Source: a virus (Duplodnaviria > Heunggongvirae > Uroviricota > Caudoviricetes). From it: a stretch of 64,000 nucleotides of DNA. A program made the position numbers and the translations under genes. The notes under the pieces are model-generated. The model made no database searches. It was not told where the DNA came from and was given only the letters and a program-made list of their open reading frames with translations. Positions within the stretch are counted from its first letter, which is position 1, and each line of letters opens with the position of its first letter. Location of the stretch: IMG/VR virus record IMGVR_UViG_3300046804_001959. One strand, written 5' to 3'. Shown here piece by piece: positions 1-9,218 of this stretch.

Positions 1-1220
1 GCCAGTGTCCTTTCGTTCGGTAACGAAGGCTGAGAAGAGATCAATCGCAGGGACGGTCTTTTTTCTGATTTTGGTGGAGCGTTCGTACTTTTCATAGAGT
101 TCTCTAAACGTTTCAACGCTCGTGTAAAACGCCTCATAGAGATCCGGGACATCACCAGGTGAGAAGAGGGTGATATTACCTCCAGATAAAAGTCTTTCAT
201 ACATTACCTTGTTAAACTGGACACCGTAGTCCAGATGACGAATACGATTGTCTTCAGTGCCCTTGTTGTTCTTTAGGACAAGAAGATCCTCCACTTCGAG
301 ATGCCAAAGGGGGTAATAGAGTGTCGCCGCTCCACCGCGGACACCACCTTGGCTACAAGACTTAACAGCAGATTGAAAATGCTTCCAGAAAGGAACAACG
401 CCAGTGTGACTAGCATCACCACGGCGAATAGGAGATCCAATAGCCCTAATACGACCGCCACCAATACCAATTCCGGCTTTCTGACTAACGTACTTAACGA
501 TCGCAGAAGACGTTGCATTTATCGAGTCCAGCGAGTCGTCAGTCTCGATAAGTACGCACGAGCTAAACTGACGTTGAGGGGAGCGGACGCCTGCCATAAT
601 AGGAGTAGGCAAACTAATGTCAAATGTACTGATTGCGTCATAGAGATCCTTTACCCATTTGATTCTGTCTTTGGTATAGTTCTGAAACAGCGTCATGGCA
701 ATCAACATGAAAGCCATCTGAGGTGTTTCGTAGAACTTACCAGTCACGCGGTTCTTGATCAGATACTTGCCGCGGAATTGCTCCATGGCAGCATAGGTCA
801 GAAGGTTGTCACGGTCATGATCGATGTAGTCGTTTAGTTCGTACCACTCTTGCTGAGAGTATACTTCACCAAGCTCTGAATCGTAGTAACCATGAGACTT
901 CACTTTCACATAGTGAGTCAGCAGATGGTCAGGATAGTACTTACCATAGACTTCCTTGCGGAGGTTGTAGTTGATCAGACGACCAGCTACGTACTGATAG
1001 TTCGGTGCATCTTCTGAAATGAGGTCGGCTGCAGCCTTGATCAGGGTTTCCTGAATATCCGTAGACTTGATGCCGTTGTAGAACTGAATGTGTGTCTTGA
1101 TTTCAAGATCTGATACCGAAACGCCTGAGAGACCTTCGCAGGCATACATAGCAACTTTGTGGAACTTATTAATATCGAGGGGTTCGCGCGTTCCATCACG
1201 CTTCGTGACTTGAATCATCT
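1..1220 (-). CDS. nrdA: Ribonucleotide reductase class I alpha subunit. The gene is truncated by the window start, so the C-terminus is missing; start codon at 1218-1220.
   Basis: The ORF track does not list this frame because it runs off the window start; translating the minus strand from the ATG at 1218-1220 gives MIQVTKRDGTREPLDINKF (ATP cone), ...LPTPIMAGVRSPQRQFSSCVLIE (NrdA active-site region), ...GGGRIRAIGSPIR. Confidence 0.88.
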
Positions 1221-1456
1221 GTTCTCTTTCTTAGCAATATCTTGCCATCTTCTACGATCCATACGAGATCGTCGCCTATTGACCAACCAAGTTGATCCAA
1301 CAATTCTTGAGGTAACTCTATATATAACTCGCCGTCATCATCTTGCTTGACTATAGTACTAAAAGATAACCGTTTCATGTCCAATGCCTTAGCGTATTGG
1401 CGATGATAAAGAAGTTGGTGATAAAGGCTTGACCTATTAGCACAGTTCTTACCCAT
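1196..1456 (-). CDS. Small hypothetical protein. The likely start is the internal Met at about 1378.
   Basis: 86-aa ORF upstream of nrdA. The internal segment MKRLSFSTIVKQDDDGELYIELPQELLDQLGW is a plausible 60-aa product. Confidence 0.3.
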   Translation of the reverse strand: MGKNCANRSSLYHQLLYHRQYAKALDMKRLSFSTIVKQDDDGELYIELPQELLDQLGWSIGDDLVWIVEDGKILLRKRTDDSSHEA

Positions 1457-1529
1457 GCAACCTTGTCTGCTTCTTTATCGCATGGACTGGCTTTTTCGCC
1501 AAGAGCTTTAAACCAAATCCTTTTCCATG

Positions 1530-2234
1530 TCACGGTAGCTTCCTTTCGAACTCTTCCCATGCCTTGATATCATCGAGCGCCTTCTTCACGTCTGGGAAGT
1601 GATGGCTGATAATATCCCAACACTGTTCGGCTACGATACGATGTTCCTTCTGAGTTGCCTTATCCATACGCAACTGACAGTAGTGAACCCACGAACGTAG
1701 AGAACCCGACATGATCATGACTGATTCGGTACAACCTTCAGGTAGAACTGCACGAGCCTGTTCCTTGGCAATACCACGATCGACTGCCCATTGATATGCA
1801 AAGTTAGCAGCGTTGATAGCTTGCTGTTGTACTACGTTCCATTCCTCAGCCAGACGATTCTCGTCAGGAGTTAGTTCGACGGAGTTCTGTCGGTTCTTGG
1901 CATCCTGGAGTCTGGCTTCACGTCGTACAAATCCCAGATCCTTTGTTGGATCTGCATAGCGTTGTGAATATTCTTGAAATGAAAAAGAACGGTGGCGAAG
2001 GATTTGACGAGCGATGTCCCGTGTCGTTTTGATTTCCATGGAAACATGGACCATCTCCAACGGTGACCAGTGTTGGTTACGAATGAGATACTGAACCAAC
2101 TTCGGTGCTGTAGCAGTGTTGTTTTGATTGGATGGATTGGATACTCGAGCTGCCCATGCCACGAGTTCGTTTGCAGTCGTGCACTCGGTGTATGCACTTG
2201 GCTTGGTAATACCGATAAGATTCACTTCAGACAT
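1530..2234 (-). CDS. thyX: Flavin-dependent thymidylate synthase ThyX
   Basis: Contains the ThyX signature RHRSFSFQEYSQRY (RHRx7-8SxRY). 234 aa. Confidence 0.9.
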   Translation of the reverse strand: MSEVNLIGITKPSAYTECTTANELVAWAARVSNPSNQNNTATAPKLVQYLIRNQHWSPLEMVHVSMEIKTTRDIARQILRHRSFSFQEYSQRYADPTKDLGFVRREARLQDAKNRQNSVELTPDENRLAEEWNVVQQQAINAANFAYQWAVDRGIAKEQARAVLPEGCTESVMIMSGSLRSWVHYCQLRMDKATQKEHRIVAEQCWDIISHHFPDVKKALDDIKAWEEFERKLP

Positions 2235-2378
2235 TGTATAGCTTTCCTAGTTCTTCGATCGTTTGTTCGAGTTTGTTGAGTAGTTCTTTCTTAGCAGGAT
2301 CGTTTGCAATATCTTCTGCTTTTAGAGTAGCGATCTTTGCTTTTATAAGGTCGTACTGTCCGAGTAGAATGTCACTCA

Positions 2379-2744
2379 TCAAATAAAATCCTCTAGAGTT
2401 GCTGAAGTCATACCGATGTGGTAAGGCTTCTTACGACGAATCATGTTCTCGATCATGTTACGAGTACCTCGAGACTGACCATCCCATATAATGATGGCTG
2501 CATCTGCATATTCGGCCATGGCTCGATTGCGCTGTGGACCAGCAGAGTTACCGAATCGATTCCAATCAGCAGGCATCTCCTTGATCGGGATATTGTTAGC
2601 TCTAGCCCATTGTTCACCGAGCTGATCAGGACCGACTGCTGTCCCGCTTACCACTTCAGTGATCTCATAGCCAGAACTCTGAATGGTATCGACTACCAAC
2701 TTGTAGTCATGAATGTTACGCGAACCCGCTATGATCACTTTCAT
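2379..2744 (-). CDS. SLOG-superfamily protein (DUF2493/YpsA-like), function unknown
   Basis: MKVIIAGSRNI...VVSGTAVGPDQLGEQWA...AIIIWDGQSRGT is typical of the phage DUF2493 Rossmann-like family. Confidence 0.5.
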   Translation of the reverse strand: MKVIIAGSRNIHDYKLVVDTIQSSGYEITEVVSGTAVGPDQLGEQWARANNIPIKEMPADWNRFGNSAGPQRNRAMAEYADAAIIIWDGQSRGTRNMIENMIRRKKPYHIGMTSATLEDFI

Positions 2745-3009
2745 TGTTCACCTCAAATGTTTTCACAGTCTGGAACCGTGTCTTACTTACATAACCTGTT
2801 GATTTGAGAAACTCGATGCGTTCGAGCGCATCGGTGTACTCGACATACACACCATCGTTGAACCACCACCAACGATCAAGTCCAAAGATCCAGCGAGGAA
2901 CTCGACGATACTCTACAAGCCACTTGCCATCCGTACGAAAGATGCGAAGCTTGGTAATAGTGATGTGATCAAACTCTACGCCGTACTCGTTAGCTACTAG
3001 CTCAGCCAT
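2716..3009 (-). CDS. hypothetical protein
   Basis: 97-aa ORF in the minus-strand gene array. Confidence 0.4.
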   Translation of the reverse strand: MAELVANEYGVEFDHITITKLRIFRTDGKWLVEYRRVPRWIFGLDRWWWFNDGVYVEYTDALERIEFLKSTGYVSKTRFQTVKTFEVNNESDHSGFA

Positions 3010-3280
3010 ATCCGTTTCCTACAAGTTGGAAAAATTTAGGATCAAAGTATAGAACACCTTGAGCCCCAGTAGAATCTTCTCGTGAAACTACCTTTACATA
3101 CTTATCAAAGTATTCGAGTCCACGGAGCTGAATGATAAGCATCTGAGCGTAATTTACCATGTTGGCATTGTAGACGACCCACGTTAACTCCTGTTCTGGT
3201 AGATTCATGACCGCTTCAACGGTCTTTTCTCCAAATTGCAAAGTGCAGTTTTGCAGTAGGTCCTGAGTAGTTGCATTCAT
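3002..3280 (-). CDS. hypothetical protein
   Basis: 92-aa ORF with tight spacing to its neighbours. Confidence 0.4.
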   Translation of the reverse strand: MNATTQDLLQNCTLQFGEKTVEAVMNLPEQELTWVVYNANMVNYAQMLIIQLRGLEYFDKYVKVVSREDSTGAQGVLYFDPKFFQLVGNGYG

Positions 3281-4235
3281 CGATAACTTCCTTGATATAT
3301 TCAGCTGACAATCCCGATAGGATCATGTCGTTGACGTCCTTCTGTTCTATCTCAGAAGGCCAGATGACTACGCGATAGCCAGCGTCAATGGCCTTCTGCA
3401 TCCTCTTAATGGTATCAGGGTGCCGAGGCTCATTATCAAATACTACCACGATTTTCTCTTTAGGTAAACCGGTTTGTTCGACTTGAGCAGCAAGATCTCC
3501 GCCTGCTGCAGCCATGGCGTTAGGCAAGAACATCGAATCGATCGGTCCCTCTAGTAAATATATATCCTTGCTAGAGTCGATACTGTCCATGCCGTAAACC
3601 TTTGGTTTACTTTCGTCGAGCATGATGGTAATGTACCTTACACCGTCTTTTCGAAACGATCGACCCTGAAAACCGAAGAGTTGCTTGTCCTTGTCAAGGA
3701 AAGGGATGATCAGACGAGGCTCGTCCTTCTCTCCGATCTTGATCTTGTCAGGGATCATGCTGTTGACCCACGCGCCGAACTTGGGAGCATAGAACAACTT
3801 GTAGTGAAGATGGACTGGGATCTGACGTGACTGCACGTACTGTTTCACTGGGTGATCAGGTTTAAGCTGACTCACCTTCTTGATATCTGAAAGAGCCGTA
3901 GTCTTGACGAAGACAGGAGGCTTCATCTTCTCGGCAAAAGTCTCGACGTCCTTCTGAGTACCAGATTCCTTGATCTGTTCTTTGACGTATTCCAGATACA
4001 GAGTAGGATCGATCTCCTTCAAGAAGTATCGAAACTTCATGGAGGCATTACAGTTGTGGCAGTAGTAACGAACCTTGCCACCCTTCTCGAGGATATGCCC
4101 GCGCTTCTTTCTCTTATCTTTCTTCGAGTCGCCGCAGATAGGACAGCGGCATCGATAGACATAAGGACTGACCCGTTCGAAGCCTTCGAGGCGGAACGAG
4201 AGCAGACTGATGTATTTGTGTTCTATCCAAAGCAT
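3216..4235 (-). CDS. DNA primase (T4 gp61-like; zinc ribbon plus TOPRIM)
   Basis: Zinc ribbon CRCPICGDSKKDKRKKRGHI...CHNC. TOPRIM region YLLEGPIDSMFL. The N-terminal region resembles T4 gene 61 (RFRCPVCGDSKTDQNKARGW). Confidence 0.8.
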   Translation of the reverse strand: MLWIEHKYISLLSFRLEGFERVSPYVYRCRCPICGDSKKDKRKKRGHILEKGGKVRYYCHNCNASMKFRYFLKEIDPTLYLEYVKEQIKESGTQKDVETFAEKMKPPVFVKTTALSDIKKVSQLKPDHPVKQYVQSRQIPVHLHYKLFYAPKFGAWVNSMIPDKIKIGEKDEPRLIIPFLDKDKQLFGFQGRSFRKDGVRYITIMLDESKPKVYGMDSIDSSKDIYLLEGPIDSMFLPNAMAAAGGDLAAQVEQTGLPKEKIVVVFDNEPRHPDTIKRMQKAIDAGYRVVIWPSEIEQKDVNDMILSGLSAEYIKEVIDECNYSGPTAKLHFAIWRKDR

Positions 4236-4293
4236 ACTATCTCCAAACTGTTAGCTTCATTATACCCAAGTGGAGATATATGTACATGCTTTT

Positions 4294-4836
4294 TTAAATA
4301 AACTTGCCCTTTAAATTAAAGTTTATCGCGAGTCTTCTTTCGACATCGAGCGGCAAGTTCGTGCTGTGCATGTTATCGATATGATTACCTCCTTCGAAGA
4401 AGAGTAATCGATTCTCGTTATGATTTACTTCTGTTCCGTCTTCAAATAAAGTAGGAGCAGTAGTACAAGTATTGATATAGAAGAGAGCGACGTAATGCTT
4501 GTATGGGCAGTCATTATGCCAACCATGAGCGCGCTTTCGACCCTGGTTCATCATACTGTTGACGTTTACGCTGATGATATGATCGGTGACGAATCCAAGT
4601 TTTTCTTCAAAAAAATAGAGCATCGGCCGAATCGTCTGCCAATAACCAAAGGCATCTTCGATCGGTTCTTGCTCTGAATAGATTCTTTTCATGAAGTACC
4701 AGTCTTTTTCAGTCTGGCCTTGGTATCCTTCAGGTAGGATAGATGAGAAGTTCCATCGAAAGGATGGATGTTCGATCATCATTTTTATTTCATTAAAATA
4801 ACTTCTTGGTAAGAAGTCGTCGATCACACATCTCAT
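4294..4836 (-). CDS. Hypothetical protein (possible double-stranded beta-helix / 2OG-Fe(II) oxygenase-like)
   Basis: 180 aa. WHNDCPYKH...NHIDNMHS gives a possible HxD...H arrangement. Weak. Confidence 0.3.
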   Translation of the reverse strand: MRCVIDDFLPRSYFNEIKMMIEHPSFRWNFSSILPEGYQGQTEKDWYFMKRIYSEQEPIEDAFGYWQTIRPMLYFFEEKLGFVTDHIISVNVNSMMNQGRKRAHGWHNDCPYKHYVALFYINTCTTAPTLFEDGTEVNHNENRLLFFEGGNHIDNMHSTNLPLDVERRLAINFNLKGKFI

Positions 4837-4839
4837 AAT

Positions 4840-5322
4840 TTATCCAGCTCCAAATATTGAACTCCATGGCACCAAAGCGATGATGCCACCTACAATAGCA
4901 GAACCACCAATTACTGTCCACATCCATTTTTCCATAGCAGTGATTCTCGCACTCAATGTATTGTGCTGAGTGGTCGACTCTGCGCGCATCTCTTTAATTT
5001 CTTTCATCAGTTCGTCGTACTGATCATCAATCTTCTCTTTGATCTCACGTTCTCCTGATGAAATTCTCTCATGTAAAAGTTGTACTTTTTCGTCTGTTTC
5101 CACTCTACGCGCTTCCACTAAATCTGATAGCTGCTTACTTATAATTTCTTGAGAAGTGAGCTTAGTCTCGTGTACTGCAAGCAGGTTTGAAACGCTGTTC
5201 GAGATGTCAGTCAGCTTGTCGATGGTAGTATCCAAACGATCAACAAGCGCGCCTACGACTGCCATATCCTTACGTAGATACGACACATCTTCGGCGAGCT
5301 TGTTGACGTTTGTAGTTGCCAT
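4840..5322 (-). CDS. Coiled-coil protein with a C-terminal transmembrane anchor
   Basis: Heptad-rich N-terminal 130 aa, then WMWTVIGGSAIVGGIIALVPW at the C-terminus. Confidence 0.45.
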   Translation of the reverse strand: MATTNVNKLAEDVSYLRKDMAVVGALVDRLDTTIDKLTDISNSVSNLLAVHETKLTSQEIISKQLSDLVEARRVETDEKVQLLHERISSGEREIKEKIDDQYDELMKEIKEMRAESTTQHNTLSARITAMEKWMWTVIGGSAIVGGIIALVPWSSIFGAG

Positions 5323-5597
5323 TATTCTGTCGGAGCCTTCGGTGCAAACTTCTCTGCGCCAGTAATTCCAAGACTTGCAATGACGATGTACATCATAGCT
5401 TCGAACATGAACTGTTCGACTGTGTAATCCCAGAATAGGTTAGCGATATAGCCTACAGCGACTAGCACTGTAGCAAGCATGGCCACCCATCTCTTCGACG
5501 ACGGGTTACCGTTCCCGTCAGCCATCATTCCTTTAAAGTATCCTGCGATATCCATTTTGTCCTCCTTAGAAAGGACCGTGATCCTCGTCAGATTCAT
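5322..5597 (-). CDS. Small two-TM membrane protein (holin candidate)
   Basis: 91 aa. WVAMLATVLVAVGYIANLFW and MMYIVIASLGITGA are hydrophobic helices with a charged C-terminus. Sits next to the spanins. Confidence 0.4.
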   Translation of the reverse strand: MNLTRITVLSKEDKMDIAGYFKGMMADGNGNPSSKRWVAMLATVLVAVGYIANLFWDYTVEQFMFEAMMYIVIASLGITGAEKFAPKAPTE

Positions 5598-6015
5598 GAT
5601 ACTTGTCGATCGCTGCCATCATCTTAATTTCATTATCTACTTCAATTGACTCGGCCTCGGCGTTGATTTTGTGTGCCTCTGCGAGAGCTTTGTGATCCGT
5701 TGTGCCAAGAGTTTGTGTCTTGACGTTTGGATCGAACTCTGTTACTTTCATGCCCATCATCGTCGCGAAGGCACCTACGAAGGCACCTACGATGGTCGAG
5801 AACGCTGGGCCGATGATCTTAAAGATCTCGTTGTTGTCGATCAGCTCGTTCGGCATGAACATACCGATGAGGAAGATTGCAACGACAGCAAGCATGATAG
5901 TGCCAAGAATCGTGGCAGCCATCTTCATGATGGTCAGTTGGATCTTACCCTTCTCGAGTTCGAGTTGCTCGAACGAAGTGATCTGCGGTGTTGAGAAAAA
6001 CGACGTCAGACTCAT
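5566..6015 (-). CDS. Membrane protein (multi-TM), lysis-region neighbour
   Basis: 149 aa with several hydrophobic spans (MAATILGTIMLAVVAIFLIGMF; IIGPAFSTIVGAFVGAFATMMG). Confidence 0.4.
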   Translation of the reverse strand: MSLTSFFSTPQITSFEQLELEKGKIQLTIMKMAATILGTIMLAVVAIFLIGMFMPNELIDNNEIFKIIGPAFSTIVGAFVGAFATMMGMKVTEFDPNVKTQTLGTTDHKALAEAHKINAEAESIEVDNEIKMMAAIDKYHESDEDHGPF

Positions 6016-6230
6016 TTCTTTTTTCTACCCTTTGTAGCCTTCTTCACTTGAGTCACAGCATCAGTGATCTGATCATTGATAACTACTGCGGCTTTATTAA
6101 TCTCTTCGTTGGCTTTCTTCAGTTCTTTTTCTGCAAGAGCTTTTGCAAGCTCTATATCTTCTGCTGTTACTTTGCCGTCTCTATCAAGATCAAGAGCTCT
6201 TGCAAACCAGTTTTTAATCTTTTCCCACAT
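6012..6230 (-). CDS. Small protein with an EF-hand-like calcium-binding loop
   Basis: DLDRDGKVTAEDIE matches the 12-residue EF-hand loop pattern D-x-D-x-D-G-x-V-x-x-x-D/E. 72 aa. Confidence 0.35.
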   Translation of the reverse strand: MWEKIKNWFARALDLDRDGKVTAEDIELAKALAEKELKKANEEINKAAVVINDQITDAVTQVKKATKGRKKK

Positions 6231-6241
6231 ATCACTCTCCG

Positions 6242-6451
6242 TTATTTTCTATTCGATGTTGATGCCAGTTTACGAGCCACGCTAGCAGGTAACCCGTCTT
6301 TTGAAACGTTAAGTAGCCCAAGTGCAGCGATTAGCAGCAGGAGGCCACGTGTGTCGTCTTTGTTACTTGCACGGTTCAATGAGTTAGCGATCACATTGAT
6401 CAAGCTATCATTCGAATCATCTTCTACTGGTAGATCTTTAAACTTCTTCAT
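6242..6451 (-). CDS. hypothetical protein
   Basis: 69-aa ORF. Confidence 0.3.
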   Translation of the reverse strand: MKKFKDLPVEDDSNDSLINVIANSLNRASNKDDTRGLLLLIAALGLLNVSKDGLPASVARKLASTSNRK

Positions 6452-6660
6452 TGCTTTGGCTCTTCTACTGTGACTGAAGTCTCTGTCACGGTGAGATTGT
6501 TCTTCTTAATAGTCTTCAGTTCCTTCGGCGCTTGCATAAGAATTGCAGGAGGTTCTGGCATGTATGCCTGCGGAACCAGTCTTGTCTTCTTACCACCAAA
6601 CATGCTACATGCAGATAAAGAGGCAACTAGAGCAACCAAGATTACTTTCTTCATGATCAT
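6448..6660 (-). CDS. Outer-membrane lipoprotein spanin subunit (o-spanin, Rz1-like)
   Basis: Signal peptide plus lipobox (LVASLSAC), 70 aa, Pro-rich. Immediately downstream of the i-spanin, overlapping by 4 nt. Confidence 0.6.
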   Translation of the reverse strand: MIMKKVILVALVASLSACSMFGGKKTRLVPQAYMPEPPAILMQAPKELKTIKKNNLTVTETSVTVEEPKQ

Positions 6661-7175
6661 TTCTCCTTCGGAGCCTTCAAGTTGGCCGCATCTATAGCTT
6701 GCTTGTTATCTGTGATCCATCTTTGCAGACTGATCAACTGTTGTTTGTTTTCATGACATACTCTATAGTTAGACAACACCACAGCAAGAGCTGCGTTGTC
6801 CATGATGCCGGAAGGAGACTTATCAGATGCTAGCTGAGCGTCAGGATCAGCGAGTCTTGCTGCTGCATCATGTAGTTCGATCCAACCGTTGGAAAGGTTG
6901 TTAGTACCTTCACCGAGGTTGACGAGCTTGTCTCTGTAGATCACTTCCTTATCATGAATTGTATTCACACGGTCGACGAATTCTGTAGTTACGTTGTCAG
7001 AGATCTTAGCATTCTCAGTCTTAAGATCCGAGATCTGCTTCTCTGCCTTTGCTTGGTAGTTGGCCAGCTCGATCTCAGCATGAGCAGAACCTTTCATGTA
7101 TCCCCAACCTGCCGCACCGAGTACGATAAAGATAATCACCATGATCTTAACAGGAAGTGGGATCAAACCAAACAT
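6657..7175 (-). CDS. Inner-membrane spanin subunit (i-spanin, Rz-like)
   Basis: N-terminal TM (IMVIIFIVLGAAGWGY) followed by a long coiled-coil periplasmic domain. 172 aa. Confidence 0.6.
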   Translation of the reverse strand: MFGLIPLPVKIMVIIFIVLGAAGWGYMKGSAHAEIELANYQAKAEKQISDLKTENAKISDNVTTEFVDRVNTIHDKEVIYRDKLVNLGEGTNNLSNGWIELHDAAARLADPDAQLASDKSPSGIMDNAALAVVLSNYRVCHENKQQLISLQRWITDNKQAIDAANLKAPKEK

Positions 7176-7176
7176 A

Positions 7177-7503
7177 TTATTTTCCTTGGAAACCCTTAAA
7201 TCTCTTGAGAACCTTTGACTTCTTGACTGGTGGTTCTCCTTGTGGTCCTACACCGAGACCTGCAACGTTACCAGCACCGACAGAGTTGCATGCTACTTCT
7301 TCGTTGGTCTCGCCTTGAAGATAGTTTGCAGCAGTAGAGATGTAGTCTTCTGCCAAAGTAATCTTCGACTGAACCCACTCTGGAAGATTGGTATCTCTCT
7401 CCAGCGAGTCATGAATACGCTGAGCGTTAGCAATAATAGACTTGAGCTGTGACATTGCCATGTCACCTTCGTAGTCGTACTCTTGTTTTTCCTTAGCCAT
7501 CAA
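7177..7503 (-). CDS. hypothetical protein
   Basis: 108-aa ORF. Confidence 0.35.
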   Translation of the reverse strand: MMAKEKQEYDYEGDMAMSQLKSIIANAQRIHDSLERDTNLPEWVQSKITLAEDYISTAANYLQGETNEEVACNSVGAGNVAGLGVGPQGEPPVKKSKVLKRFKGFQGK

Positions 7504-7889
7504 ATTTTCCTTAGCAAGCTTACTATCTTATCGTCCATTACAATATCGCTTGTGTATATCGTCTTGTTATCTGCACCGATGCCATGTATTCTATCAGGGA
7601 GTCGTCCTAATAAAACAATGAACGGCTTCAACATATGGTGATAGCCGTCCAACTTAAAGAAGAGTAGTCTTGTTGCTTCGTTGCCGAATACATTATACAG
7701 GACAACGAGATGGTTTACAATCAGTCTGTCTTTAAGTTCTCCGGATTCTTCATAACGATTGAGTAATCTTTTAATATACTTGAACCGAGCGAGATCTTCA
7801 TAGAACTCAAGGTCCTCGAAACACTGTGGGTTATCATAACACTTCGCAGCATATATTACAAAATTTGAATCATCAAGCTTTTCGATCAT
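7500..7889 (-). CDS. hypothetical protein
   Basis: 129-aa ORF. Confidence 0.4.
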   Translation of the reverse strand: MIEKLDDSNFVIYAAKCYDNPQCFEDLEFYEDLARFKYIKRLLNRYEESGELKDRLIVNHLVVLYNVFGNEATRLLFFKLDGYHHMLKPFIVLLGRLPDRIHGIGADNKTIYTSDIVMDDKIVSLLRKI

Positions 7890-8140
7890 TATGCAATTCT
7901 TACTTTGACAACCCCTGCAGCAGTATAGTATAGTTGTCCAAGAGCTACACCTGCGGTGTTAGCTGCAGTATCGTCTGCATAGGGACCTTGTACGATTGCT
8001 TTGCGTAATGTTGATAATGTAGCAGACTTTGTCGTGTTAGCGGAGATATCCTCGACGATGAAGATATCCCCGCTAGCGATCGACGTGTTGGCCGTGCCAA
8101 TGGATGTCAGTTCTGTAATCTTCTTGGCACGATCAGTCAT
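7889..8140 (-). CDS. hypothetical protein
   Basis: 83-aa ORF with 4-nt spacing to the next gene. Confidence 0.35.
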   Translation of the reverse strand: MTDRAKKITELTSIGTANTSIASGDIFIVEDISANTTKSATLSTLRKAIVQGPYADDTAANTAGVALGQLYYTAAGVVKVRIA

Positions 8141-8143
8141 TTA

Positions 8144-8989
8144 TTAGGCGTCCTTCATTACGGTATCTTCAGCGTCGGTCGAAAGGTTTCCGCCCATCGC
8201 CACGAGAGTTTCGTACTGAACGCGACCTGCGCGACCACCAGTTCCGACTGTGCGAAGTACCCAACCAGTGTGAGCTGCACCGTGTTGTACACCTGAAAGA
8301 ACCGCAACTGCTGTAGCAGTTTCACCGGTCAGTGTACCACCACCGGCAGTCGTAACGTCACCAGCAGCCTTCGTCAGTGCAATGTTAGCACCGTTTGGTG
8401 TAGCAGAAAGAGCTACTACTGTGGTGTTCGAGAACGAGATGTAGTATGTAGCAGTATCTGTCAGACCACCAGGTGTCGACAGCGTGTTACCTGCGTATAC
8501 AACCTTATCGCCTACCAAGAACTTCGAGTTAGCGGCAGTAATAGCGATGGTGTTGCTTGCAACTGCAGTGTTACCGTTGAAAACAATAGCAGCAGGTGCC
8601 GCGATCGTAACAGCTGGTGCTACACCGCTGAAACCACCGAGAGCGATGTTTGCAGTCAGAGCAGTTACACGACCAACTGCAACCGTCGAGTTAGCAGCCG
8701 AGGTGTTCGATCCACCTGTCGAGTTAGCTACAGTAACAGCAGCGTTAGCCGAGTAACCCGAACCGGCATTGACAACGATGTACTGAGCGACAGCGGCATT
8801 GCTCTGCGCCAGATTCATTTCTGTTACGTCAACACCAAACTGACCTACAACCTTGCCTGTAACGAAAGCGTTTGGCGTTACGTTACCGAACAGGTTTGTT
8901 TGGTTAGTAGTGTTTGCAGTCTTATTAAGTTGAGACACGGCCCACAGGACTGAGTTTGCCGCGTCGTCTGTATTGCCCCATTGAGCCAT
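8144..8989 (-). CDS. Ala/Thr/Gly/Asn-rich protein (possible virion or fibre-like structural protein)
   Basis: 281 aa, low complexity with repetitive NTxAxS-type segments. Confidence 0.35.
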   Translation of the reverse strand: MAQWGNTDDAANSVLWAVSQLNKTANTTNQTNLFGNVTPNAFVTGKVVGQFGVDVTEMNLAQSNAAVAQYIVVNAGSGYSANAAVTVANSTGGSNTSAANSTVAVGRVTALTANIALGGFSGVAPAVTIAAPAAIVFNGNTAVASNTIAITAANSKFLVGDKVVYAGNTLSTPGGLTDTATYYISFSNTTVVALSATPNGANIALTKAAGDVTTAGGGTLTGETATAVAVLSGVQHGAAHTGWVLRTVGTGGRAGRVQYETLVAMGGNLSTDAEDTVMKDA

Positions 8990-9021
8990 TTTTTATCTCC
9001 TGTTGAACTTTCTTTTATTTA

Positions 9022-9210
9022 TCATTCTTCAGATGTGAGCATATCGATCATGTATGCTGACATATTTTTATTAAACTTCTTTGGCTTACCGTTGTGTACG
9101 ACCGTACCTTCTTCCATCTGTACGATCTTGTTTTCAATCTTTATCTCTGTATCAGTTTCTGTTGAGATAGATTGATTACCAATGATAATGTTACCAGCTT
9201 TGATTGCCAT
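9022..9210 (-). CDS. hypothetical protein
   Basis: 62-aa ORF. Confidence 0.3.
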   Translation of the reverse strand: MAIKAGNIIIGNQSISTETDTEIKIENKIVQMEEGTVVHNGKPKKFNKNMSAYMIDMLTSEE

Positions 9211-9218
9211 GTTACACC

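Noticed and set aside
301-837. 178-aa plus-strand ORF, and the 81-aa minus ORF at 273..518
   Set aside because: Both lie entirely inside the nrdA reading frame on the opposite strand or in an alternative frame. The NrdA translation is continuous and strongly homologous, so these are overlap artefacts.
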